Source: Candidatus Marinacidobacterales bacterium
GTDB taxonomy: Bacteria; Acidobacteriota; Vicinamibacteria; Marinacidobacterales; SMYC01
Reading direction: 5' to 3'
Assembly: GCA_965237955.1 (NCBI GenBank)
Contig: OZ250169.1
Span: forward strand, 2,272,001-2,336,000
Length of the DNA: 64,000 bases
Under the pieces are notes generated by a model. The model was not told the origin of the DNA and ran no database searches. It worked only from the letters and a program-made list of their open reading frames with translations. Each line of letters opens with the position of its first letter. The stretch's first letter is position 1. This document shows positions 1 through 9,319 of this stretch, piece by piece. Both the position numbers and the translations under genes were made by a program.

Positions 1-2995
1 CGAGCTCACGGCCCATGCCGTGGTAGTGATTTCCCGACCCCGGATAAACGAAGGCAAGGCTTCCCTCATGCGCCAAGGGTTTGTTGCTCTCGAAAACACG
101 CGTCTCGTCGACACCCTCGAGCAGAGGGCTGACGTCGGACCCTCGTGCGGCGACCACGGCAAGGCCGAGCTTCTTTCTGGGCTCGAGCGGGTTTTCGTGA
201 TGCCAGCGCGCCGCTAGTCTTCGGGCATCATTTTCGGGCTGTGACTCCAGCCAGTCGCTGAGTCGGCGGCTCTCGGCGGCGAGTCCCACCTCATCATCCG
301 CCTCGATGGCAAAGAGGGCGTCGCTCGCCGTTCCTATTGAGCATCTCGTGCCGGCTACTGGCTGGTGAAACTTATCCGACTCGTATTCTTCCAGCACCAC
401 ATGACAGCAGTTGCCGTCGACACTCATGCCGCTGACACCGGCGCGCCGGGGCCCCTCGGCCCGGTTTCTCAACCAGTGCCGGGCGGGACCGGGGAGCACC
501 CGGTTGTAGAGGGCGAGAGCAGTCTTCGCCAGCGATGCCATCCCCGACGCGGCGCCGGCGTGGCCTACCGCCTCCTTGACGCTTCCCGTCGCCGGCCGCT
601 CGGCAAGAGTCGCAAGGTGTTTCTCCAAGGCGGATTTTTCAGCGCTATCTTCACAAGAAATGCCGCTTCCATGGGTCTCGATGTAGCTCACCGTCGAGGG
701 ATCGATTCCCGACTCTTCGTACGCTCGGCCGAGCGCCGACTCATAGGCGGCAACGGTGGGTACCGTCGTCTCGACGCCACCACCGGTCGCGCTTCCCAAC
801 CCCTTGATCACGGCATAGACCCGATCGCCATCGGCCTCGGCGTCCTCGAGACGCTTGAGCACGAAGGCCGCGCCACCTTCACCGAGTAGGGGTGTCCCAC
901 GCTGCCCATCGGGCCGGGCCTCGTGGGCCGCCAGCACCGCCCTCACGTCACCGGCCAGATCCACGGCGCCCACCAGGGCTTGATCCACGCTTTTCGTCTG
1001 GAGCGCGCGCACCGCCGCTTCGAGGGCCTTGAAGCCCGAGGTCTCCTCGCTGGATAGAGTGAAGCTCGGACCACCGATCCGGAACTCCCGGGCCAGGCGG
1101 CTGGCAACGATGCCGCCGAGCGCACCCATGGTCCTGTTGGCGATCAGGGGTGGAGCCGCGGCGTCGGCAAGAGCGTCTCGCGACGGCTCCTCGGAACCGA
1201 GCACCGACCAGCGGAAGTTGAAGTTCGTCGTGTTGAGATCCAGCCCGATGCCGACGAACACCCCGGTGGAGAGTTTCTCTTCGGTACCGAGACCCGCATC
1301 GTCCATGGCGCCCTTGGCGACGGCGAGCATCAACGACTGCTGAGGCAGCATGTGCTCGAGCTCCACCGGCGGGATCCTGAACCGGTCCAGTGGCAGAGAG
1401 AGCTCGCGCATGAAATGGCCCTTGAACTCAGCCGCCGATTGTCCACGGTCGTTGAACGAAGACGACTCCTGAACGCCCCACCACAAACCGTTCTCCTCCG
1501 GATCCCGACGTTCGTCGCCGAGCACGTGCTGAGTGAAGGCCTCCAGTGACTCGAGCGATCCGAAGTGAGCGTCCATGCCGACAATGGCCACCGGCGAGTC
1601 CGCTCGCATGACCGGCGTTTGGACAAGGCTCTTATCCCCGGTCCACTCCTCCACCAGCACATGGGCGTTGATGCCGCCAAAGCCGAAAGCGCTCACCGCG
1701 GCGCGGCGGGGGGTGGAGCCGTCTCGGGTCTCCCAGGGCTCGGCCTCGGCGAGCACCTTGAACGGGCTCGCCTCGAGATCAAATTTCGCGCCGGCGCGAG
1801 AGAAGTTGGCCGTGGGAGGAAGGGTCCGAGCTTTCATGGCGAGGAGAACCTTGATGAATCCCGCGGCGCCGGCGCCGGTGAGCAGATGCCCCACGTTGGA
1901 CTTCACGCCCCCAATCACGCACCGGCCGGCCTGCCCGTCATTCCCGGCCCAGAGCTTCGTCAAGCTCTCGAGCTCCACGGCGTCGCCCACCGGTGTGCCC
2001 GTGGCGTGGCATTCGATGAGATCCACGTCCTGCGGTGACCAGCCCGACTGCTCATAGGCCGGCCGCATGGCCCTGAGCTGCCCCTCGGTGCTGGGCGCCA
2101 AGAGCTTCCCTTCCACGTCGTTGGAAAGACCAATGCCGGTGATGACACCGTGAATGTGGTCTCCGTTTCTCAGCGCATCTTCCAGGCGCTTGAGCACCAG
2201 CATGCCGGCGCCCTCTCCCACTATGAGGCCGTCGGCCTTTTGATCAAACGGTGAGCAGCGACCCGAAGTAGACAGCGCCCGCAACTGGGAGAAGCCCATC
2301 TGGGTGTAGAGACAGTCAGTGCGGCACAACCCTCCGGCGACCATGGCGTCCGTGCGTCCCGCGATCAGTTCATCGGAGGCGAGCTTCAGAGCGTAAAGGG
2401 ACGAAGCGCAGGCGGCATCCAACGTGTAGCTTCCGCCACCGAGCCCGAGGGCCTTGGCCATCACACCCCCAGGGAGTCCGGCGACGTACCGATTAAGAGG
2501 ATGGGTGCGGCCCGGAGAAGTCGCGGCTGATACTGACGCGATCTGGCTGCCGGTGGCCTCGTCAAAGGTCTGACCGAGGATCTGCCGCGCCATCTTCGAA
2601 GCGCTGTCGGTGGGCAGCGCGATGTTCCCGATAATCACGCCCACGCGCTCGCGGGAATTCTCACTCAGCCCTGCGTCTTCCACGGCCTGCCTCCCAGCGT
2701 GGAGTGCCAGGTGAAAAAGAGGATCGAGGGCGGCGACAACATCCGGATCCAGATCCAGATCGCGCATGTCCAGATGGAAGTCCTCGATGAAACATCCTCT
2801 AGTGGAGTACACCTTGTCCGCTCGGCCGACTTCCGAGTCATAGGCCCGGGCGGCATCCAGGATCCAGCGATCCGAAGGCACTTCCCGTGAAGCATCCACT
2901 GAAGCGGCGATGTTGGCCCAGAAGCGATCGAGGTTCGGCGCTCCGGGGAAAATCCCGCCCATACCAACAACGGCGATGGGGGCGCGGGACTTCAT
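1..2995 (-). CDS. PUFA-synthase-like PKS subunit Pfa3/PfaBC (KS-CLF-AT...), 3' end runs off window
   Basis: Manual translation from ATG at 2995: MKSRAPIAVVGMGGIFPG...; KS motifs YTLDAACASS, ECHATGT, KSNVGHLL; second KS-like domain GEGGAAFVLKRL; AT start LAFVYPGSGNHYHGMGREL at the window edge. Sampled segments are all in the same frame; absent from the ORF track because it has no stop in the window. Confidence 0.9.
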   Translation of the reverse strand, partial: MKSRAPIAVVGMGGIFPGAPNLDRFWANIAASVDASREVPSDRWILDAARAYDSEVGRADKVYSTRGCFIEDFHLDMRDLDLDPDVVAALDPLFHLALHAGRQAVEDAGLSENSRERVGVIIGNIALPTDSASKMARQILGQTFDEATGSQIASVSAATSPGRTHPLNRYVAGLPGGVMAKALGLGGGSYTLDAACASSLYALKLASDELIAGRTDAMVAGGLCRTDCLYTQMGFSQLRALSTSGRCSPFDQKADGLIVGEGAGMLVLKRLEDALRNGDHIHGVITGIGLSNDVEGKLLAPSTEGQLRAMRPAYEQSGWSPQDVDLIECHATGTPVGDAVELESLTKLWAGNDGQAGRCVIGGVKSNVGHLLTGAGAAGFIKVLLAMKARTLPPTANFSRAGAKFDLEASPFKVLAEAEPWETRDGSTPRRAAVSAFGFGGINAHVLVEEWTGDKSLVQTPVMRADSPVAIVGMDAHFGSLESLEAFTQHVLGDERRDPEENGLWWGVQESSSFNDRGQSAAEFKGHFMRELSLPLDRFRIPPVELEHMLPQQSLMLAVAKGAMDDAGLGTEEKLSTGVFVGIGLDLNTTNFNFRWSVLGSEEPSRDALADAAAPPLIANRTMGALGGIVASRLAREFRIGGPSFTLSSEETSGFKALEAAVRALQTKSVDQALVGAVDLAGDVRAVLAAHEARPDGQRGTPLLGEGGAAFVLKRLEDAEADGDRVYAVIKGLGSATGGGVETTVPTVAAYESALGRAYEESGIDPSTVSYIETHGSGISCEDSAEKSALEKHLATLAERPATGSVKEAVGHAGAASGMASLAKTALALYNRVLPGPARHWLRNRAEGPRRAGVSGMSVDGNCCHVVLEEYESDKFHQPVAGTRCSIGTASDALFAIEADDEVGLAAESRRLSDWLESQPENDARRLAARWHHENPLEPRKKLGLAVVAARGSDVSPLLEGVDETRVFESNKPLAHEGSLAFVYPGSGNHYHGMGREL

Positions 2996-3004
2996 GGGAG
3001 GAGC

Positions 3005-6000
3005 TTAGACCGACAGACGATTACGGGTGAACGCCTCACTAAGAGAGGTGTCCACGACGCATTCATAGTCCTCGAGACGGGCCACGAGACCGCCGTCGCT
3101 GTCGAGGAACTCCATGTCAGCCCGAGCCCAGGAGTTTCCGCTCTCGCTGATCTTTACGACGACAGAGACTCCGTCGCCAGGAAATGAGTCTCTGAACTGA
3201 CGATAGCGCCCGGCAAAGGTCGGCAACGAGGCGGCTCCGTGAATCTCCCGGCTCCAGACAATCATCAGTTGGAAGGCGACGTCTAGCGCCAGAGGATCGG
3301 CGAGCCACGCGCTTCTGAGTGGCTCGGCGAGCCAACGGGAGGGAGGAACCGTCGGGCCGGTGCGGGCGGTGATGGCGTCGTCGGAGATACCTTCCACCTC
3401 TTGGATACCCTGCAGAGCGGGCCCCTGGAAGAGCAAGTCACGATAGATCTCGTCGCTCGGCCGGTGGTAGGGATGAGTGTTGGTGTTTAGCCGGGCGCCG
3501 GAAGCCGCGGGCAGCTTGGACGCCAGGTGAATCGTCGCTCGGGCATGGTGGTGCTCCTTGCCCTCGGCGCCGGTGCTGCGAATCTCCACGGGAACACTGA
3601 GGAAGCCGAAGCCGAGGCCGTTCGTCTTTATGGCCTTGCCGGTGAGGACCTGGGTGGCGCGGGTTTCGCCGGCATCCAGGGTAAGTCCCTTGAGCACTCT
3701 GAGGTCGTCGAATCCATGGAAGCGGAGGCCGGGATTCTTGTGCACGGCGCCATGGGCCATCCACTCGACGATGAGAGCCAGGGGAACGACGGCCCGGCCA
3801 TTCAATACGTGATCCTTCAGTATCGGCACTTGCTTCACACCGATCTCTCTCTCGAAGGCCACACTCAAGCTCGCACCCTTTTCCGGCGGCGCGAGCATCA
3901 CGACCTCTACGGCGTCCCGGCTGCCATGGCGAATCTCGTCCACCAGCGCCCGGCTTCCTTCTTGAAGACCGATGAGCCCCACGCCCTCGTCATGGAACAC
4001 CTTGGCCAGGGCCGGAGTGACCATGCCACCGTCCCAGGGACCCCAACCCACGGAAACCACCCGGGCGGAAGGAATCCTCGCGGCCAGCCGCCACGCGGTC
4101 TTGTTGAGCACCTCGTTGGCCACGGCATAGTCCACCTGGCCTTTGCGACCGAAGCGTGCCGTGGACGACGAGAAGAAAACCACGACCTTGAGGGCTTCGA
4201 CGTCCAAAGCGGACAGGAGGGCGGTCATGCCGGCAACCTTCGTCCCGAAGACCCGGGAAAACTGCTCCTCAGTCTTGTTCTCGATGAGCTGATCCGCGAG
4301 CACGCCGGCCCCGTGTACGAGACCGGTGATGGGTCCGAGCTTCGTGCGAACGTCAGCAAGGATGTCCTCAACCGCCGCACCGTCGCGAACATCCACCGCG
4401 CGGTACTCCACATGCCCGGCCGTCCGTGCCACATCGTCAAGAGTCTGCCGAATCTCGCGATTCACCATGAGGCGTCGGTACTCTTCACCCACGTGGCGGG
4501 GCGAGGCACCGGCACCTGCCCGAGTTGCGATCTCTTTCTTGATGGCCGCTTCGGCGGTAAGGCCATGAAGCCATGCGGGCTCGGCCGTGGGCTCTGGACT
4601 TCTCCCAAGAAGCACGAGCTTCGATCCAAAAGCCCGGGCCAGCTCCCGGGCGGCCGCCGCTGTCACACCTCTGGCTCCGCCTGATATCACAATGACATCG
4701 TCCCTGCCGAGCTCGAACGACGATTCACCGGGAACGATGGCGCGGGGCGAGAGCTCCAGAGTGACCCGGCCCGTGTGGGTGAGACCCACTTCGAGCGGCC
4801 CGTCGAAGAAAATCTCATCCACGATGCCGGCGGCGAGCGAGGCCGCGTCATGGACCCCCGACGTAACATCCATGGCCTTGCAGTGCACCTCGGGCCACTC
4901 GTGGCTTGCCGTCTTGGCGAGACCGGCCAGTCCGCCGCTTTGACACCGCGTCTCGGGGCCCGTGCCCTTCAATCCGAAGGAGCCGTCTAGACGGGACACG
5001 GTGACGAAGACCGAGCCTCGCGAGCGGCCGCTCCGGCGCAGTGCAGAGCTCACCCGACTCAGGAGCGTCAGCGAGTCGGCCAGGAACTGGTCGCTGTCGG
5101 GACTCGCCGGGCCGACCACGACGAGGCCACCTAGCTCCGACGGTGGCTCCAGGGATGCTGCGTCTTCCAGCGCGACGAGACGGGGCTTTAGACCCAGTGC
5201 CTCCATGCGATCGGCGACCTCGGCCGAGAGGCCGGAGTCGTCACGGGAGATCAGAACGACGGCGTCAGAGGCCAGAGAGAACTTCTTGCGCTCCGCCGCC
5301 TCGTCCAGGACTGTGACAGCGAGGACACTTCTCTCTGGCGCCTTGGCTCGAGACACACTAGCCCGCCGCACGAGCTCGTCTACATCCACACCCTCGGCCG
5401 GAATCGATGAAGGCGTGATGCGGGCTTCTACGGCATCCGACAGCGTGTCCACCACGTTGCGCACCGTCCGCCAGGAGTTGATGATGCCTTGGGCGATCTC
5501 GGGCATGGAGGGTGTCTTGTCCCTAAGGAAGGAGAAGATCTCCGCGCGCTTGACCTGATCGATGCCCAGATCCGAACTGAGATCCATGTTCATGTGGAGG
5601 GAGTCCACCGGAAATCCCGTCTTGGCCGAAACCGCCGCCAAAACGCTCGAGCTGATTCTGAGGTCAACGGTGGAAACCGACGCCGGCGTGCCACCGTTCG
5701 TGTCACTCTCAGTGTCAGTGTCAGCAGCAGTCTCCGCTGCTTCAATGGGGGCCGGCGATGGAGCGGCCGCGCCGTCTTCTGTGAGGAAGGCCACGACCTG
5801 TCCAAGAGTACGCAGGGTGCCGAGGTGCTCGGGGCCCACGGACGGCGCCTCGGGAATGCGTTGCTGCAACGCCGAGAGAATTTCCACGCGCTTGATGGAG
5901 TCGATGCCCAAGTCCGAGTCCATCTCCATGTCCAGGTTCAAGATGTCGACTGGGTATCCGGTCTTCTCGGCGACCACCTCGAGGAGAACCGCCTCCACCT

Positions 6001-9000
6001 TGCCGGCATCGATTTTGGAAGGCTTGCTGGTTTCCCCGGGAGAAGTGGCTCTCGGCGTCTCGGCCGGCGGAGGCGTCTCGGCGAGAGTGGGTGCCATCGC
6101 CGGAGCCGCAACCTGTACCGGCGGCGGCACGGGCACGGGAACGGGTTGGGCTCGAGGCAGGGGTGACGGTGCCAGGCCCAGCCGTTGCTCGACGAGGCGT
6201 TGCTTGTGATCGACCAAGGATTGAAGCGTGCGCTGGGCCGACTCCTGGCCCTGAAGGAACTGCCGATGGAGGGCGGCGGTTTGCTCCTGCATCTTTTGAA
6301 GCGCGGCCATGTTCTCCTGTGTCATCCGTAGCGCGTCATCAATTACGGCGTGCCCAGCGCTGCCCGGAGCGGATGGCTGTCGCGGGACGGCGGCAGCGTT
6401 CTCTTTGGGGGGCTCGGGGGTTTTGGCGGGTTCGGGTGGTTGACGACTCATGGTGGTTCGCCTTGGGGCCGGCGCCTCCTGCCTCTTTTTTGGTTTGACA
6501 TAGTTGGCGCCGCTAAGGGTCACAGTGAGAGCCGGCTTGGAACGCTCGTCCGCAAACGCCAAGGATGACGCCTCGGGGTCCCACTGATTTAAATCGACGC
6601 GGAAGCCGTAGGCAGAAACGCGGGCCAGAGCCCGGGCGAGGTCGACGGCTCCGGAGCGCTTGCCCGACGATGCATCGAGGGCATGCGCCACATGTTCTTC
6701 GCCCTCGAGAATCGACCGCACCAAGCCGGTGAGCCGGCTCCCCGGGCCGACCTCGAGAAAGAAGCGGGCGCCGTCTCGGTGCAGGTTTTTGATCTCATTG
6801 ACGAACTCCACCGGCCGGACGAGCTGATCGGCGAGCAGCGCGGCAATGCCGGAAGCCTCATCGGGATACGTTTCGCCGGTGGCGTTGGCGTAAACCTTGC
6901 GCCGGGGCGCCGCGATGTCGGCCCGGCCGAGCTCGGTAGCAAAGGGCTCCGCGGCATCGACCACGAGAGTGCTGTGAAACGCCGCGGAGACTGGAAGACG
7001 CTTGCATCTAACACCGCGCCTCTTGAAGGCCTTCACCGCTTTTTGGATCTCGTCGGTAGGACCGGACAGAACGAACTGGGCCGGAGCATTCTTGTTGGCC
7101 ACCACCAGGGCGAGTGAATCCTCGACGACGATGGATTCGATGGTGCTCTCATCGGACTCCACCGCCAGCATGGCGCCGCGGTCGCCGTTGCCCTCGCTCA
7201 TGAGCCGCCCGCGGAGCATGGAAAGGACGCTCAGGGTCTGGGCGTCGAACACCTCCGCCGCTTGCAAAGCCACCAGCTCGCCGTAGCTGTGACCCGCCAC
7301 GGCGGCAGGCTCGAGACCGAACCTCTGGAGCACGCCCAGGGCGCCCACCGAGACGGCGCCGATGGCTGGCTGGGCCACCTCTGTGGCGCGCAGCGCTCGT
7401 TCTTGAGCCTCTTTCGTCTCATCGTCGAAAGCCGGGTGCGGATAGATGACATCGCTGAGCCGGTTGCCGGCCCTGTCCAGCCTGTTCATCCTGTCCAGGC
7501 TGTCCAGTAGCTCGGGGAACTGACAGGCCAGATCCCTGAGCATTCCCACGCACTGAGAGCCCTGGCCCGGGAACAGGAAGGCTAGAGATCCTACCGGCGC
7601 TCCGGTGCCGTAAAAGGCCCCGTCCGGTGTAGTCCACGAAGTCTTGTCGGTATGGGTCTTCAAGAGTGTGAGGCCACCCTCGAGACACTTTCTGAGTTGG
7701 GTTGGCTCCGTGGCCAGGATCAGCCGGTGCGCGGCCTCATGACGGAACGAGCTTCGGGCCCGGGCGGCCAGGCCTCGCAGGGCTCGTATATCAATGCCCT
7801 TCCGATCGGACGGAAAGGCCTGAGCGACGCTTACGAGCTCCTCTCGAGTATCGGCCGAAAATGCCAGGAGCACGGTTTCGCCGTCGAAGTCCGGAGCGGC
7901 CTTGGCCGCTTCCGCTTCTTCGAGAACGCAGTGGAAGTTGCTCCCGCCAAAACCGAAGGCGCTCACCGCGGCCCGCCTCGGATGATCTGCGGAGGAAAGC
8001 CAGGGCTTCTTCGTGGTGTTGACGTAAAAGGGTGAGCCCCCATTCCTGAGCACATCCAGCGGCTCGGTGACTTTCAAAGTCGGGGGAAGAACCTTGTGTT
8101 TCAGCGCCAGGGCGGCCTTCATCACGCCGGCGATTCCGGCGGCAGCCTTGGTGTGTCCCAGCTGCGATTTGACGCTGCCCAGCGCACACCATCCTCCGTC
8201 GGCATCGGCTTCTCGGAACACCGCGGAAAGGGATTCGACCTCGGTGGCGTCTCCCACCTTCGTGCCCGTGGCATGGGCCTCGATGAGCTCGATGCTCCGG
8301 GCCGAGATCCCGGCGCCGGCGTAGGCGTCTCTGAGAGCCTTGGCCTGGCCGCTGGCTACCGGCGCGTACACCGCCGTGCCCTTGCCGTCGCTGGACGAGC
8401 CTATTGATCGGATCACAGCGTGGATGGTGTCTTGGTCTTTGCGAGCATCGGCCAGCCGCTTGAGCACCACGACGCCGAGGCCCTCACCGAGAATCGTGCC
8501 GTCCGCTGACTTGTCGAAAGGACGGCAATCGCCGGTAGGCGAGAGCGCCGGCGTCTTGCTGAAGCACATGTACATAAAAATGTCGTTGAAGGTGTCCATG
8601 CCTCCGGCAAGCACCATGTCAGAGCGTCCGGAGGCGAGCTCCAGGCCGGCAAGGTGAAGGGCGCCCAGTGAGCTGGCACAGGCCGCGTCCACCACGCAGT
8701 TGGTGCCACCGAGGTCGAGCCGGTTGGCGATGCGCCCGGCCACGACATTGCCCAAGAGTCCCGGAAAGGAGTTTTCCTGCCACTCCACATAGTTGTCGGA
8801 AATCTTCTGGACCACCGTGTCGGTAAGGTCGTCGGCGACACCGGATTCCTTCAGCGCCCGCCGCCACAGGGGGTGTCCCAAGCGGGCCCCCAGAGGAATC
8901 ACCAGCTCCAGCGTGCCCGTGACACCGAGAATCACGCTGGTCCGATCCCGATCGAAGCTTCCCTTCTCCCCATAGCCCGCATCTTCCAGAGCTTGGCTCG

Positions 9001-9319
9001 CCACCATGAGTCCGAGCAGCTGGGTCGTGTCCGTGGCCTCTATGTCGTTGGGCGCGATGCCGAAGGCAAGGGGGTCGAAGGCGACCGGTGACAGAAATCC
9101 ACCGCGACGGGCATAGGTGCGATCCGGTGCCTTGGGATCGTCGTCGAAGAAGTCCTCCACGTTCCAGTGGGTGGAAGGAATGTCGGTTATGGTGTCGACA
9201 CCGTTTTTGAGATTGGCCCAATAAGCCCCCACGTCATCGGCCTTGGGGAAGAGACAGGCCATGCCGACGATGGCCAGGGGCTCTTGTTGCATCCGAGTGT
9301 TACTGGACTTAGTGGACAC
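3005..9319 (-). CDS. pfaA: PUFA-synthase-like iterative type I PKS Pfa2/PfaA (KS-AT-ACP-ACP*-KR-DH)
   Basis: KS DAACASS/EAHATGT/GHTKAAAG; AT GHSYGE; ACP LGIDSIKRVE; second ACP-like LGIDQVKRAE; KR GGARGVT and YAVAN; DH HVLNGRAVVP. Likely GTG start at 9319 after GGAGG. Confidence 0.92.
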   Translation of the reverse strand: MSTKSSNTRMQQEPLAIVGMACLFPKADDVGAYWANLKNGVDTITDIPSTHWNVEDFFDDDPKAPDRTYARRGGFLSPVAFDPLAFGIAPNDIEATDTTQLLGLMVASQALEDAGYGEKGSFDRDRTSVILGVTGTLELVIPLGARLGHPLWRRALKESGVADDLTDTVVQKISDNYVEWQENSFPGLLGNVVAGRIANRLDLGGTNCVVDAACASSLGALHLAGLELASGRSDMVLAGGMDTFNDIFMYMCFSKTPALSPTGDCRPFDKSADGTILGEGLGVVVLKRLADARKDQDTIHAVIRSIGSSSDGKGTAVYAPVASGQAKALRDAYAGAGISARSIELIEAHATGTKVGDATEVESLSAVFREADADGGWCALGSVKSQLGHTKAAAGIAGVMKAALALKHKVLPPTLKVTEPLDVLRNGGSPFYVNTTKKPWLSSADHPRRAAVSAFGFGGSNFHCVLEEAEAAKAAPDFDGETVLLAFSADTREELVSVAQAFPSDRKGIDIRALRGLAARARSSFRHEAAHRLILATEPTQLRKCLEGGLTLLKTHTDKTSWTTPDGAFYGTGAPVGSLAFLFPGQGSQCVGMLRDLACQFPELLDSLDRMNRLDRAGNRLSDVIYPHPAFDDETKEAQERALRATEVAQPAIGAVSVGALGVLQRFGLEPAAVAGHSYGELVALQAAEVFDAQTLSVLSMLRGRLMSEGNGDRGAMLAVESDESTIESIVVEDSLALVVANKNAPAQFVLSGPTDEIQKAVKAFKRRGVRCKRLPVSAAFHSTLVVDAAEPFATELGRADIAAPRRKVYANATGETYPDEASGIAALLADQLVRPVEFVNEIKNLHRDGARFFLEVGPGSRLTGLVRSILEGEEHVAHALDASSGKRSGAVDLARALARVSAYGFRVDLNQWDPEASSLAFADERSKPALTVTLSGANYVKPKKRQEAPAPRRTTMSRQPPEPAKTPEPPKENAAAVPRQPSAPGSAGHAVIDDALRMTQENMAALQKMQEQTAALHRQFLQGQESAQRTLQSLVDHKQRLVEQRLGLAPSPLPRAQPVPVPVPPPVQVAAPAMAPTLAETPPPAETPRATSPGETSKPSKIDAGKVEAVLLEVVAEKTGYPVDILNLDMEMDSDLGIDSIKRVEILSALQQRIPEAPSVGPEHLGTLRTLGQVVAFLTEDGAAAPSPAPIEAAETAADTDTESDTNGGTPASVSTVDLRISSSVLAAVSAKTGFPVDSLHMNMDLSSDLGIDQVKRAEIFSFLRDKTPSMPEIAQGIINSWRTVRNVVDTLSDAVEARITPSSIPAEGVDVDELVRRASVSRAKAPERSVLAVTVLDEAAERKKFSLASDAVVLISRDDSGLSAEVADRMEALGLKPRLVALEDAASLEPPSELGGLVVVGPASPDSDQFLADSLTLLSRVSSALRRSGRSRGSVFVTVSRLDGSFGLKGTGPETRCQSGGLAGLAKTASHEWPEVHCKAMDVTSGVHDAASLAAGIVDEIFFDGPLEVGLTHTGRVTLELSPRAIVPGESSFELGRDDVIVISGGARGVTAAAARELARAFGSKLVLLGRSPEPTAEPAWLHGLTAEAAIKKEIATRAGAGASPRHVGEEYRRLMVNREIRQTLDDVARTAGHVEYRAVDVRDGAAVEDILADVRTKLGPITGLVHGAGVLADQLIENKTEEQFSRVFGTKVAGMTALLSALDVEALKVVVFFSSSTARFGRKGQVDYAVANEVLNKTAWRLAARIPSARVVSVGWGPWDGGMVTPALAKVFHDEGVGLIGLQEGSRALVDEIRHGSRDAVEVVMLAPPEKGASLSVAFEREIGVKQVPILKDHVLNGRAVVPLALIVEWMAHGAVHKNPGLRFHGFDDLRVLKGLTLDAGETRATQVLTGKAIKTNGLGFGFLSVPVEIRSTGAEGKEHHHARATIHLASKLPAASGARLNTNTHPYHRPSDEIYRDLLFQGPALQGIQEVEGISDDAITARTGPTVPPSRWLAEPLRSAWLADPLALDVAFQLMIVWSREIHGAASLPTFAGRYRQFRDSFPGDGVSVVVKISESGNSWARADMEFLDSDGGLVARLEDYECVVDTSLSEAFTRNRLSV

